Positions 41,699 to 51,340 of a stretch of DNA of 64,000 nucleotides are shown piece after piece (the first letter of the stretch is position 1; the number at the start of each line of letters is the position of its first letter). Under the pieces are notes generated by a model that saw nothing but the letters and a program-made list of their open reading frames with translations, did not search any database and was not told the DNA's origin. The position numbers were made by a program, and so were the translations under genes. Origin of the DNA: Gammaproteobacteria bacterium (GTDB lineage: Bacteria > Pseudomonadota > Gammaproteobacteria > GCA-001735895); NCBI GenBank assembly GCA_014382695.1, contig JACNJF010000142.1:8362-72361 (forward strand). Reading direction: 5' to 3'.

Positions 41699-43806
41699 TC
41701 TCTGTTTAATAAAATAATAAACTCGGCCCCACCCTGATCGGAGGAGCGGTAACTGATGCTTCCATTCAATTCTTTAACCAGTTTGCTGACAATGGTCAGT
41801 CCCAGGCCCGAGTGATTACCTCCCTTGCTGGATTGTACTGGTGTGAAAAGTTTTTCCAGCATAGCATCAGGAATTCCATCGCCATTATCTGCTATGCTGA
41901 TTTCGATGTATTTTTTCTGATTGAGTATGACCAGAGATTTGGTTTTTATGCTAATGATACCGTTCGCTGGCAGGGCTTCAGAGGCATTTTTAACCAGGTT
42001 GGCGATAATCTGTTTGATACGGTCAGGATCGGATGAAATGAGTGCCAGATTTTGATCCAGCTCCAGCTGACACTGTATATTGTTTAATTTATACAGGGTA
42101 GGTCGGTAGAGTGCGATAAGCTTGTTGATGAGCTGGTTTACATCGACCTCTGACTGATCTTCCAGAGACTGGCTATAGTCATCTTTTAGCTGTAACAGGA
42201 TATTACTAACTCGATCTACTTCCGACTGTATGGTTTCAATATGTTGCAGACTGGCCGTTTCCTGCTGCATCGACATGGATAGAATTTCGAGGTAATTATT
42301 GATGGTCGTCAGCGGATTATTGGCCTCATGGATGATCTGACGAATATGCAGTTCGTTTTCCTGCTGTTTCTGCTCCAGTTGCTGCAAATGTTGATGGCTG
42401 AGCTGTTGCTGCCGGGCAAAAGATTCCGCTAACTGGGTTGCGAATAACCGCAGTAACTGGTTGTCCTGTTGAAATTTTTTAGCCTGAGTCGAGTTACAGG
42501 CACTAACTATGACCCCTATAAGGATGTGCTGATATATCAGTGGCAAGCATATTAAATGGGAAGATCCCAGGGTAGTGAGAATCTGGCGATCAATTATAGG
42601 TAATTCGCTGAATATGATCTGATGTCGGGTATCCAGAATGATCTGTTGCAGTGCCGATTCCGCGATCAGGCTATGACCCGTTTTAAGAGTGACTTTAAAA
42701 ACATTGGCGGGTCTGTTTTTTTTATGCGGTATCGATATGCCAGTCAGATCCGTCTGTTCGCTGTCGGTAAAAAAGAAAATGGCTGGGGATAAGCTGAACA
42801 GCAGTTGCAACTGAATATTGGCCTGTTGCATCATGCTGGCGATATCATCCAGCTCTGCAAAGTCTTTCTGGATGCCTTCCAGCAGTGCGATCTGACGAAC
42901 CTTCTGGGCGAGTTCAATGCGGATGGCTTCGTCATCAATATTAAGCCGGGGAATGGCTGCCTGCTGATCCTGAATGTCCATGCCAAACCCTTGCGCATCC
43001 GCAATCGCAGACTGGGTGGCCCGGTTCACCAGTTCCTCTATGATGGATTGATTGAGGGCAAAAAAATGATCTTCCACCACAAACTGTTGATGACGATGAT
43101 TCAGTCGATTGCATAGCTGTGAGGCGAGATTGATCAGCTTGACCAGCGGTTGGGCATCCTGCAGTAAACTGGCGGGCTGATACTGATAACGTACGGCGTC
43201 GTCGAGAAACGAGTCTATGCCCCAGTCATCGATTATATCTGCAGCCAGGTCGGTACTGTTGATGCCATAGTGCTCCTGCTCTTTAAGCAGCAGCGTATTC
43301 TGGTCATTGACGGATGCGAGCAGCGACTGATAGCGGTCGACATCATCCGATAGGAATACCAGTTGTCCCAGTTGATGCATCAGGCCTGCCAGATGGGCTT
43401 CATCGGGATTTTCATAACCGGTTAACTCTGCCAGCAAACGTGATAGATGTGCACATATCAGGGCATCCAGCCACAGACTGCCGAGGGTTTCCCCCAGTTC
43501 CTTACTAAACTGCGAAAAAAACTGATGTACCGCAGAAGTCAGGGTGATACTTTTGATGTTTTTGAGCCCAACGACCACCAGGATACGTTTCAGATCCTTA
43601 ACATCCTTCCACTGGCTGAAGGCTGCCGAATTGGATAGTGATATGACTTTGGCACACAGAGCGGTGTCTTTCAGGATGATTTTTTCAAGCGCGTCAAAGC
43701 TCACATCCGGAGACTGAAATAGATCGATCAGTTTAATCAGGACGTGTGGAGCCGCCGGTAGGCGACTGTAATCGAAATCAATTTGCCGGGTCGTAGGGGT
43801 TAGCAT
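41695..43806 (-). CDS. cytoplasmic HDOD-domain sensor histidine kinase
   Basis: N-terminal HDOD domain (HVLIKLIDLFQSPDVSFDALEKIILKDTALCAKVISLSNSAAF), HisKA (HEANNPLTTI) and HATPase_c (GLGLTIV). No TM segments. Confidence 0.8.
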   Translation of the reverse strand: MLTPTTRQIDFDYSRLPAAPHVLIKLIDLFQSPDVSFDALEKIILKDTALCAKVISLSNSAAFSQWKDVKDLKRILVVVGLKNIKSITLTSAVHQFFSQFSKELGETLGSLWLDALICAHLSRLLAELTGYENPDEAHLAGLMHQLGQLVFLSDDVDRYQSLLASVNDQNTLLLKEQEHYGINSTDLAADIIDDWGIDSFLDDAVRYQYQPASLLQDAQPLVKLINLASQLCNRLNHRHQQFVVEDHFFALNQSIIEELVNRATQSAIADAQGFGMDIQDQQAAIPRLNIDDEAIRIELAQKVRQIALLEGIQKDFAELDDIASMMQQANIQLQLLFSLSPAIFFFTDSEQTDLTGISIPHKKNRPANVFKVTLKTGHSLIAESALQQIILDTRHQIIFSELPIIDRQILTTLGSSHLICLPLIYQHILIGVIVSACNSTQAKKFQQDNQLLRLFATQLAESFARQQQLSHQHLQQLEQKQQENELHIRQIIHEANNPLTTINNYLEILSMSMQQETASLQHIETIQSEVDRVSNILLQLKDDYSQSLEDQSEVDVNQLINKLIALYRPTLYKLNNIQCQLELDQNLALISSDPDRIKQIIANLVKNASEALPANGIISIKTKSLVILNQKKYIEISIADNGDGIPDAMLEKLFTPVQSSKGGNHSGLGLTIVSKLVKELNGSISYRSSDQGGAEFIILLNRD

Positions 43807-43916
43807 TATTATTTTATAAACTGGATTATAAATACCGCATAAACTAATGATTCAACTGTATTTTTAGTTTTTTTATTTCTTATAGCATTGTTCCTGAAAA
43901 ACATCAATGCCAAGTA

Positions 43917-45653
43917 TCAATATGGGCTGGAAATATTATCGGTGTTGATCCGCAGGCAGGGCAGACGGTTCAGCGTAAATGCTAGCTCAAACGAACGAAA
44001 CTCGGCCAGATGGGCTGATAACTGTTCGCTGAGAATGTCCAGTCCATGGTCTTGAATATCGGACATGACCTGATCGATTACCTGAGGTAAAGAGGTTCCG
44101 GTCTGCATATAACGCCTTGCGTAAAGCATGGCGTAGGCGATAGCCCGGTTTTGAGCCAGCTCTATCAACTGTTCCAGATCCTGCAGATCGACCTTATGCC
44201 GCCCAAACTGCAGTAGCTGAACATCCGGGCTGTGCAGACGCGGTTTTTGGTATTCATTCATCGGGTCGATACTGCTGGCATCCGGGCAACGCAGGGCGGG
44301 CTGAATCGCTGTGTCCTGATCCTCCTTAATACGCATCGATGGGTATTTATGCACGATTTCTCTGGCCCGAAGAGTGACATCAAACGCCTGATAACGCCGC
44401 ATTTGAATCACCCGGTCGGCCACTTCCAGATAATCACCCGCTCCACCCAGGGCGAGGATGGTTGAAATGTTTTTCTGCCTGTAGAGCTGGCGGACTTTAT
44501 CGATATAGGCGGTCAGCGGCTCGTCCTCTTTTTTCACCAGTTGCTGCATGACTCTGTCCCGAATCATAAAATTGGTTGCGCAGGTATCTTCATCCATCAG
44601 CAGTACTCTGGCTCCCATTTCGATAGCTTCGATGATGGAAGCAGCCTGAGAAGTGCTGCCACTGGCATTGTTACTGGAAAACGCCTGGGTATCGCGTTGC
44701 AACGGCAGATTATTGATAAAGGGCGATATGTCGGTCTTGATCACCTGACGACCGCTGTATGCCTTGATCTTGACCGTTTCGCTGAGCGCCACGCAGCGTT
44801 CACGTCCATCACCGGGGATATGATCGTATACACCCATCTGTAAGGCCTGCAGTAGCGTAGACTTGCCATGAAAACCACCACCCGCGAGCAGGGTAATGCC
44901 CGCTGCTATGCCCATCCCGCTCACCTCACCGGCAAATGGCAGGGTGACCTGTACGCTAAGGCTATCCGGCGATTGAAACGGAATTACCGTACCACTCGCT
45001 AAAGGCTGATCACTACTGCTACTGGCTCTGGGCAGAATCGAACCATCCGCAATGAACGCGAGCAGCCCGAGTGCGGGTAATCGATGGCGCAGGTATTGCG
45101 CATCCAGCGCGGTGTGTATATGTAATTGCAACAGAGCAACGTCGGTATGTGCCCGCTGTAAGGCCTGGCTAACGATGAGCGGCAATTCATCCAGCAGCAT
45201 TTTTATTGCTAGCGCTGCATCGATGTTACGACCCGTGGCCGGTAACCCGATAAAGAAACGAACTTCAAGCTGGTTGTGCTGAATCACCACCGAGCTGCGT
45301 TGCAGTATGGCCTGTCCGGGCTGGTCGATAGCAATGATTCCGCTATGCCCGGTGCCACGGCGCTGCCCTGCAATACGCTGGCTTTGGCGGTAGAACTGAC
45401 GCGCAAAAAAATCACGGCAGGCAATGGCGGCAGAAGGGCTGTCGATCATCGGCTGCTCGATGGCGGTATCGGGCAGTGGGATGCTTACCCGGTACAGCCC
45501 ACTTAAAGGCGGTGCAAAAGGATCCTTTGGAATGCGTTCGATCACTAGCCTGAAATCGGTGAAATCATACTCACCGGTCAATGACTGGTAGTGGCGGTAG
45601 TCCCTGCCATCCAGTGTGTTCAGCTTCGCCTGTAGTTGGTCTCGGGTCATCAT
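43917..45653 (-). CDS. ABC-class ATPase domain protein (COG3044/pfam09818-like)
   Basis: 578 aa soluble protein with Walker A GGGFHGKSTLL and an ABC-like Walker B. Family recalled from memory. Confidence 0.65.
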   Translation of the reverse strand: MMTRDQLQAKLNTLDGRDYRHYQSLTGEYDFTDFRLVIERIPKDPFAPPLSGLYRVSIPLPDTAIEQPMIDSPSAAIACRDFFARQFYRQSQRIAGQRRGTGHSGIIAIDQPGQAILQRSSVVIQHNQLEVRFFIGLPATGRNIDAALAIKMLLDELPLIVSQALQRAHTDVALLQLHIHTALDAQYLRHRLPALGLLAFIADGSILPRASSSSDQPLASGTVIPFQSPDSLSVQVTLPFAGEVSGMGIAAGITLLAGGGFHGKSTLLQALQMGVYDHIPGDGRERCVALSETVKIKAYSGRQVIKTDISPFINNLPLQRDTQAFSSNNASGSTSQAASIIEAIEMGARVLLMDEDTCATNFMIRDRVMQQLVKKEDEPLTAYIDKVRQLYRQKNISTILALGGAGDYLEVADRVIQMRRYQAFDVTLRAREIVHKYPSMRIKEDQDTAIQPALRCPDASSIDPMNEYQKPRLHSPDVQLLQFGRHKVDLQDLEQLIELAQNRAIAYAMLYARRYMQTGTSLPQVIDQVMSDIQDHGLDILSEQLSAHLAEFRSFELAFTLNRLPCLRINTDNISSPY

Positions 45654-45752
45654 TTTTTTGTTCTATAAATGACTGATCAGGATGCTCTGCGCTAAATCCG
45701 TTTTTTAAGTTTCAATTAAGTTTCTCTGCGTATTCTGAGTCACATCAAGTAC

Positions 45753-45765
45753 GTGCAGCCTGCAC
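45753..45765. promoter_or_regulatory. 13-bp perfect palindrome GTGCAGCCTGCAC upstream of the DUF1924 gene
   Basis: Sits about 25 bp upstream of the ATG at 45791, in the divergent promoter region. Confidence 0.3.
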
Positions 45766-45790
45766 ATTTTATTTTCAAACTGAGGTTACC

Positions 45791-46195
45791 ATGAATAGCA
45801 GAATAACAGGAATTGCAATCTTCACGCTGTCGATGATATCGGCGTCTGCACAGGCGGATGCGATTAGCGAGCTGGAAGCGGTGTATCGCACGCAGGGTGT
45901 CAGCCAGTTTAGTGCATCCAGCGGAGAGGCGCTGTGGAAAAACGATTTTGTGGATAGTAAAAGTGCTGAAACGCGTAATTGTGGCAGCTGTCATGGTGCC
46001 GACTTAGCTCGGGCGGGTAAGCATAATACAACGGGCAAGACGATCGAGCCTATGGCGCGATCAGTCAACCCTGAGCGCTACAGCGATACGCGTAAAATCG
46101 AGAAATGGTTTTTGCGTAACTGCAAATGGACGCTGGGTCGTGAATGTAGTGCACAGGAAAAAGGCGATGTACTGGCCTATCTGAAATCACTTTAA
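45791..46195 (+). CDS. DUF1924 periplasmic mono-heme protein
   Basis: Signal peptide; single CGSCHG heme-binding motif; 134 aa. Usual partner of DHC diheme cytochromes. Confidence 0.65.
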   Translation: MNSRITGIAIFTLSMISASAQADAISELEAVYRTQGVSQFSASSGEALWKNDFVDSKSAETRNCGSCHGADLARAGKHNTTGKTIEPMARSVNPERYSDTRKIEKWFLRNCKWTLGRECSAQEKGDVLAYLKSL

Positions 46196-46218
46196 ATAAA
46201 ATTTTAACGCTAATTAAA

Positions 46219-46803
46219 TTGAGGCAAACGATGAAAACAAAACTTACCAGAGTGTTATTAATCCCGCTGCTTATGACTGGAATCAGTGGCTCGGCATTCA
46301 GCGATGACGATGAACGCGAACACGGGTTTTTCAATCGCATGTGGGGCGGCGGAAAATCTGCGGATGTTGCGATGGTGGATAATGCCAAATATCAGCAGGA
46401 ATGCGGTAGCTGTCATTTTGCCTATCAACCGGGTCTGTTACCGGCCCGTTCCTGGACGAAGATGATGTCCGGCCTGGATCAGCATTTTGGTGAAAACGCC
46501 GAATTGCCGGCGCAGGATGTGGCGCAGTTAGGTGCCTATCTGGAAGCCAATGCGGCAGATCGTTCCGATTATAAACGTTCCAGAAAGATTATCAGTTCCC
46601 TGGAAGCCTCGGATGCACCTTTAAGGATTACCGAAGTCCCCTATATCATCCGAAAGCATCGTGAGCTGTCGCCGCGCATGCTGGCAGAAAATCCGCAGGT
46701 GGTGTCGCTGAGTCGCTGTCAGGCCTGCCATACCCGGGCCGAAACCGGTTCCTACAGTGAATCTGAAATTAAAATCCCGGGGTTTGGGCGTTGGGATGAC
46801 TAG
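46219..46803 (+). CDS. diheme cytochrome c (DHC family)
   Basis: Signal peptide; two CxxCH motifs (CGSCHF, CQACHT); 194 aa. Confidence 0.75.
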   Translation: MRQTMKTKLTRVLLIPLLMTGISGSAFSDDDEREHGFFNRMWGGGKSADVAMVDNAKYQQECGSCHFAYQPGLLPARSWTKMMSGLDQHFGENAELPAQDVAQLGAYLEANAADRSDYKRSRKIISSLEASDAPLRITEVPYIIRKHRELSPRMLAENPQVVSLSRCQACHTRAETGSYSESEIKIPGFGRWDD

Positions 46804-49696
46804 AACTGGGTAGTGCTGACTGGAGTAGCTGATCCAGATAAACCAGCGGATGCTGTGTATCGAATTGATGATAATGGGTCTGGCAGCGGCAGGAAAAGCC
46901 GCTCGCCAGAAATACGCTGTTACCAGCCTGCAGGGCAGGTTCCCAGGCCAGCTGGAAGATACGATCGGACAGCTGATGATGCTCTACTTCATGACCGAAC
47001 AGGCCGGACATGCCGCAACAACCGGCATTCTTCACCTGCAGTTTGATGCCCATCTGTCGAAACACGGTTTGCCACTCGAGCGCTGACTGTCTGGCATGGG
47101 TCTGTTCCATACAGTGCGGTAACAGTGTAACCGTCTGCGCCAGAGCCGGTAGTTCGCTTTTATCCCGCAGTAACAGGGATAAGTAGGATTCAATGCTCTG
47201 AATATGGAAGCTGCTTTTGCGCTGTAGAATCTCTGCATATTCCATATCGGCCATTAGCCTCGTCACCGTTTCAATACTCAGCAGTGGCAGACCGAGGGAT
47301 GCCAGTTGCTGCAACTGTTCGCATACGTTTGCAGCCTGTTCGCCAAATTGCTTGCGATAGCCTTTGACGTGCAACAGTTTGGCGTTACGAATCAGCGGGC
47401 TGAGGTAAACCTTGACTCCGAGTCGGTGCAGGATATTACAGCAGGCCTGTAACGAAGCCCGCTCGAAGCTGTGCAGGTAATTATCACGCATCAGAATCAC
47501 CGCCGGTTGATCCGATTTAAGAGGTTTTAGCTGTGTTGCCCGGAGCATGCTGGCATTCTGGTAATGGCCGGTGGAAAATTTGGGTAAACGTCCCAGACCA
47601 CTCACGTGCTGCAATAGCTTTGAACCCGCTGAACGGGTCAGTAGCCAGTTGCTGAGTCGCGGTAATCGACTGGCCGTACTAATCAGGGATTCAAAATAAC
47701 GTATAAAAAAGGCAGTAGCAGGACGCCGGTGGCGCTGATACCAGCTTTGCAGGAAACGTGATTTCAGCTCCGGAATATCCACCTTGAGCGGACAGCTGGA
47801 ACTGCAGGACTTACACGACAGGCAGTATTGCAGACTGTCAAACAGGCTTTGTTCCAGTGCGTCCAGCAACGGAGTCGCAGTATCGGAGTTTTTCAGGCGT
47901 AACCATTCGCGCTGCAGGGCGGCGCGTCCCTTGGGTGAATAAAGCTTGTTGCGAGTCGCCCGGTAGGACGGGCACATGGCATCCTCGGGCTGCCAGTTAA
48001 AGCAGGCCCCATTCCCGTTACAGGCCAGGCTGCTGGCATACTGCTGCTGATCTGCGCTGCTGATGTGCTGATCCAGTGCTCCGCGCAGGGTGATGCTGTC
48101 GAGTGCTATAAGCGGCTGTTCAGGTGCCGGCGTCACCAGTTTCCCAGGATTGAGTAGATTATACGGGTCAAAGTGTTTTTTGATCTTGCACAGTAGCGGG
48201 TACAGAATTTCGCCAAAAAACAGCGGGGTGTATTCTCCGCGATAGCCCCGACCATGCTCCCCCCATAAAACCCCGCCATGGCGCTTTGCTAGTTGTGCCA
48301 CCTGATCGGAAATCGTGCGTATCAACGCGCGGTCTTCTGCCTGTAGCATATTGAGTACCGGGCGTACATGCAGTAGACCTGCATCGGCATGTCCGTACAT
48401 GCCATATTCCAGCTGATGCTGATCCAGCAGGCGGCGGAAGTCGGTGACATAGGCCACCATGTTTTGTGGCGGTACCGCCGTGTCTTCCACAAACGCGATT
48501 CCGCGTTTGCCCTGCTGAGCCTGACCGAGCAGGCCGACAGCACGTTTTCTAAGGTTCCATAGTGCACTGATTTTTGCAGGGTCTGTTTCCGTGTTACTGA
48601 GTATCACCGCGTAACTGGCGGCGCTTTGCTGCAGAATACTCTGAATCGCCTGCTGAGCCTGCAGCATCTGCTGTTCGCTGTGACCCACATGCTCGACAAA
48701 ATTTGCCGCACGAATGTCGCTATGCGCTGACAGTTCGCTTAATACCGATTGCACATCGAACCATACCGCATCGTTGCGCGCGCGCTGGAGTACCTTGTCA
48801 TCCAGCATTTCAATTGCAGCCGGCCGACTTTTTAGCAGCGGCTGGATATGTTCCAGTGCGCGCTGAAAATCGCTGTAAAAAATCACCGTCAGAATTTTGT
48901 GTGTCGGTCTTGGGATCACGCGCAGGGTTATCTGGCGGGTGATTGCGAGCGTGCCTTCTGAGCCGGAGATCAGAAAGCAGGGGTCGAACTGATTTTGGGT
49001 GGCAATACTGTGCTGCAGATTGTAACCAGTCAGTCCTCGATCCATGATCGGGAATACACGGTCAATTTCGTCACGCTGTTGTTCGATCTGCTGATAGACC
49101 GGCTTGAGCAATGCATCCTCATCCAGTTGCTGCAGGTTTAACGCCTGAGCATGAAAGTCACGAGCATCGGCCAGTACCAGTTCGAGTGACTGTATATGAT
49201 GGGAGGTTTTACCATAGATCAATGAGCCCTTGCCGGAGGCATCGGTGGCTACCATACCGCCTAAAGTCGCGCGTGATGAAGAAGATATATCGATCGGAAA
49301 AAACAGCCCATGCGGTTTCAGGAAAGCATTCAACTGATCCAGTACCACGCCAGGTTGCAGGGTTACGGTGCGCTTTTCGGCATCGAAATGCAGTATCCGG
49401 TTCAGGTGTCTGCCACAGTCGAGTATCAGATTATTAGTCAGCGACTGTCCGTTGGTGCCGGTGCCACCTCCACGCGCGCACAGACTGAAGCCCTCGCTCC
49501 GATGCCGGTAGACACAGGCAACGGCCAGATGGATGTCGGATTCAAGCGCCGGATATAGAATTGCCAGAGGCATTTGATGATAGATGCTGTTATCGGTTGC
49601 GGCCACCGTACGCTGTGCATAGGTGCTTTCGATATCGCCGCTAAAGCCGGACTGCTTCAGCTCGGCAATAAACTGCTGCAGGGATTCGGCAGGCAT
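46769..49696 (-). CDS. ydiJ: FAD-binding and Fe-S oxidoreductase, YdiJ-like (putative D-2-hydroxyglutarate dehydrogenase)
   Basis: 975 aa with an N-terminal FAD-binding PCMH domain, a central FAD-linked oxidase domain and C-terminal CxxCxxC ferredoxin motifs plus CCG domains. Confidence 0.8.
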   Translation of the reverse strand: MPAESLQQFIAELKQSGFSGDIESTYAQRTVAATDNSIYHQMPLAILYPALESDIHLAVACVYRHRSEGFSLCARGGGTGTNGQSLTNNLILDCGRHLNRILHFDAEKRTVTLQPGVVLDQLNAFLKPHGLFFPIDISSSSRATLGGMVATDASGKGSLIYGKTSHHIQSLELVLADARDFHAQALNLQQLDEDALLKPVYQQIEQQRDEIDRVFPIMDRGLTGYNLQHSIATQNQFDPCFLISGSEGTLAITRQITLRVIPRPTHKILTVIFYSDFQRALEHIQPLLKSRPAAIEMLDDKVLQRARNDAVWFDVQSVLSELSAHSDIRAANFVEHVGHSEQQMLQAQQAIQSILQQSAASYAVILSNTETDPAKISALWNLRKRAVGLLGQAQQGKRGIAFVEDTAVPPQNMVAYVTDFRRLLDQHQLEYGMYGHADAGLLHVRPVLNMLQAEDRALIRTISDQVAQLAKRHGGVLWGEHGRGYRGEYTPLFFGEILYPLLCKIKKHFDPYNLLNPGKLVTPAPEQPLIALDSITLRGALDQHISSADQQQYASSLACNGNGACFNWQPEDAMCPSYRATRNKLYSPKGRAALQREWLRLKNSDTATPLLDALEQSLFDSLQYCLSCKSCSSSCPLKVDIPELKSRFLQSWYQRHRRPATAFFIRYFESLISTASRLPRLSNWLLTRSAGSKLLQHVSGLGRLPKFSTGHYQNASMLRATQLKPLKSDQPAVILMRDNYLHSFERASLQACCNILHRLGVKVYLSPLIRNAKLLHVKGYRKQFGEQAANVCEQLQQLASLGLPLLSIETVTRLMADMEYAEILQRKSSFHIQSIESYLSLLLRDKSELPALAQTVTLLPHCMEQTHARQSALEWQTVFRQMGIKLQVKNAGCCGMSGLFGHEVEHHQLSDRIFQLAWEPALQAGNSVFLASGFSCRCQTHYHQFDTQHPLVYLDQLLQSALPSSSHPNAQTPGF

Positions 49697-51132
49697 TAAA
49701 GTTCGGCTGACTCCAGCTGATGGATGAGCAGGGTCTGTGCGGCCTGATCCAGCCCGAGCTGGCGCAGACAGGCCTGTAATGACTGTTGCTGAATTCGTGC
49801 ATATTCATCGAACTCATTGATCACGGCACAGCCCAGATCGCGTTCAAACGCCTGTTGATTGGGTGAGGCGCTGAAACTCTGTGCCTCACGTTGGTCCAGA
49901 TTGGAATTGAAAATACCGGCTGCGCTGATCGGCAGAAAATCTTCATAGGTAATCGGGTAAGCCTGAATAATTCGCTGATCGATTAGCGCGGAGAGGTCGT
50001 TGAATTCATCCGTCTGATAACTAATGTCGATCTGATAATTAAAATAGGCCAGCCCCTGACGTCGGATCTGATCCAGTTCATCGGGAAAGCGCTGAAAACT
50101 TGTTTCCAGTTGAGTCCGATAGGCTGCGGCATGATTAATAGAGTCAGGAACCGCAGCACGTACCTCGTTTAACAGCTGGTCGTACAGTTTCCTGCCTTTA
50201 GGGGTCAAAGCCATACCGCGCTGTTCGATTTCACCAAAGCGAGCGCTGTGGGAACCCGGTTGCATTTCTCCGTCGCCGGATTTAAACAGGATCTCTTCAT
50301 CCAGTGCCCTGAAACTGGTCTGGCGTAGCAGGATGGGATGGCTGCGCCGGGGTGGTCCTTCGATGATTGCTTTCGGCTGCATGCCAACGCTCTGCATCTG
50401 CTGCTGTGCGCTATCGATGTTGAGTGTTCTGGGCGTCAGGTGGTTGATGTGCGGTCCGTGAAAACAGACAATATCGGCGATCAGGCGATGGCTGTTTAAA
50501 AACAGCTGGTAAGTCTCCAGATCCACCGTTGCGTGATGATGCCAGCGGAAGGTTTCCAGTGCTTCCGCAATAAAGTGATCGACCTGGTCGCTGTACAGTC
50601 CCTGCTGCTGTTCAAATGTTTCAATCAGTTTGAGTACACCGGAGGTGAATATCTGGCGCTGACCGAGCAGTTCTGTGGCACGCGTGCGCAGCGCCTGATC
50701 CGGGATCAGGTCGAGCCGTAGCAAAGAGGTAAATACGCGAAACGGATTAGCGTTCAGTTGATCCAGCTGGACAGGACGAAAAGCGGTGGAGTGTACCGGA
50801 ATACCAGCTTCGGTCAGATCGTAGTAACCGACCGGGAACATGCCCATAACCGCAAAAAGGCGGCGCATGTTAAACAGTTCTTCTGCTTTGCCAAGGCGAA
50901 TGGCTCCATGCCGTTCATCGCTGATGCGTTGTATCGAATCGGTATTTTCCAGATCATGGTGTAATTCTGGATGGTTATCCAGTTCGCGCTGATTGATTTG
51001 TTGCACCATGTCGACCAGAGTGCCGTATAGCGGCACTTCGAAACGGTACATACTGGACATGGCCTGCGCAAAACGTGCACGTATGGTACTGGCCGCTACC
51101 AGCGGGTTGTTTGATGTGATCCTGCTTTTCAT
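49696..51132 (-). CDS. hglS: DUF1338 / YdcJ-HglS-like 2-oxoadipate dioxygenase/decarboxylase
   Basis: 478 aa. Blocks YGTL, HGAIRLG, FRVFTSLLRL, HINHLTPRTLNID, EGPPRR..ILLRQTSF and ARFGEIEQRG match E. coli YdcJ from memory. 1-nt overlap with ydiJ. Confidence 0.7.
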   Translation of the reverse strand: MKSRITSNNPLVAASTIRARFAQAMSSMYRFEVPLYGTLVDMVQQINQRELDNHPELHHDLENTDSIQRISDERHGAIRLGKAEELFNMRRLFAVMGMFPVGYYDLTEAGIPVHSTAFRPVQLDQLNANPFRVFTSLLRLDLIPDQALRTRATELLGQRQIFTSGVLKLIETFEQQQGLYSDQVDHFIAEALETFRWHHHATVDLETYQLFLNSHRLIADIVCFHGPHINHLTPRTLNIDSAQQQMQSVGMQPKAIIEGPPRRSHPILLRQTSFRALDEEILFKSGDGEMQPGSHSARFGEIEQRGMALTPKGRKLYDQLLNEVRAAVPDSINHAAAYRTQLETSFQRFPDELDQIRRQGLAYFNYQIDISYQTDEFNDLSALIDQRIIQAYPITYEDFLPISAAGIFNSNLDQREAQSFSASPNQQAFERDLGCAVINEFDEYARIQQQSLQACLRQLGLDQAAQTLLIHQLESAEL

Positions 51133-51340
51133 CCGCGTAAGATTAAAGTGGCTGTCAGGCTGAGCATAAAAAATCCCTCGGTATACCCGAGTTTATGATA
51201 CCGGGCTACACCGATAATAACAAAGCGACCGGCGTTGTCACCTGTCGTCTCATTTTTTTATAATTCCGGCGTCGCGGTCTGAAATTTTCTGAGTGCTGAT
51301 TCAGGCCCGTACTATCTAACCGCAGTTCGACTACTTAGGG

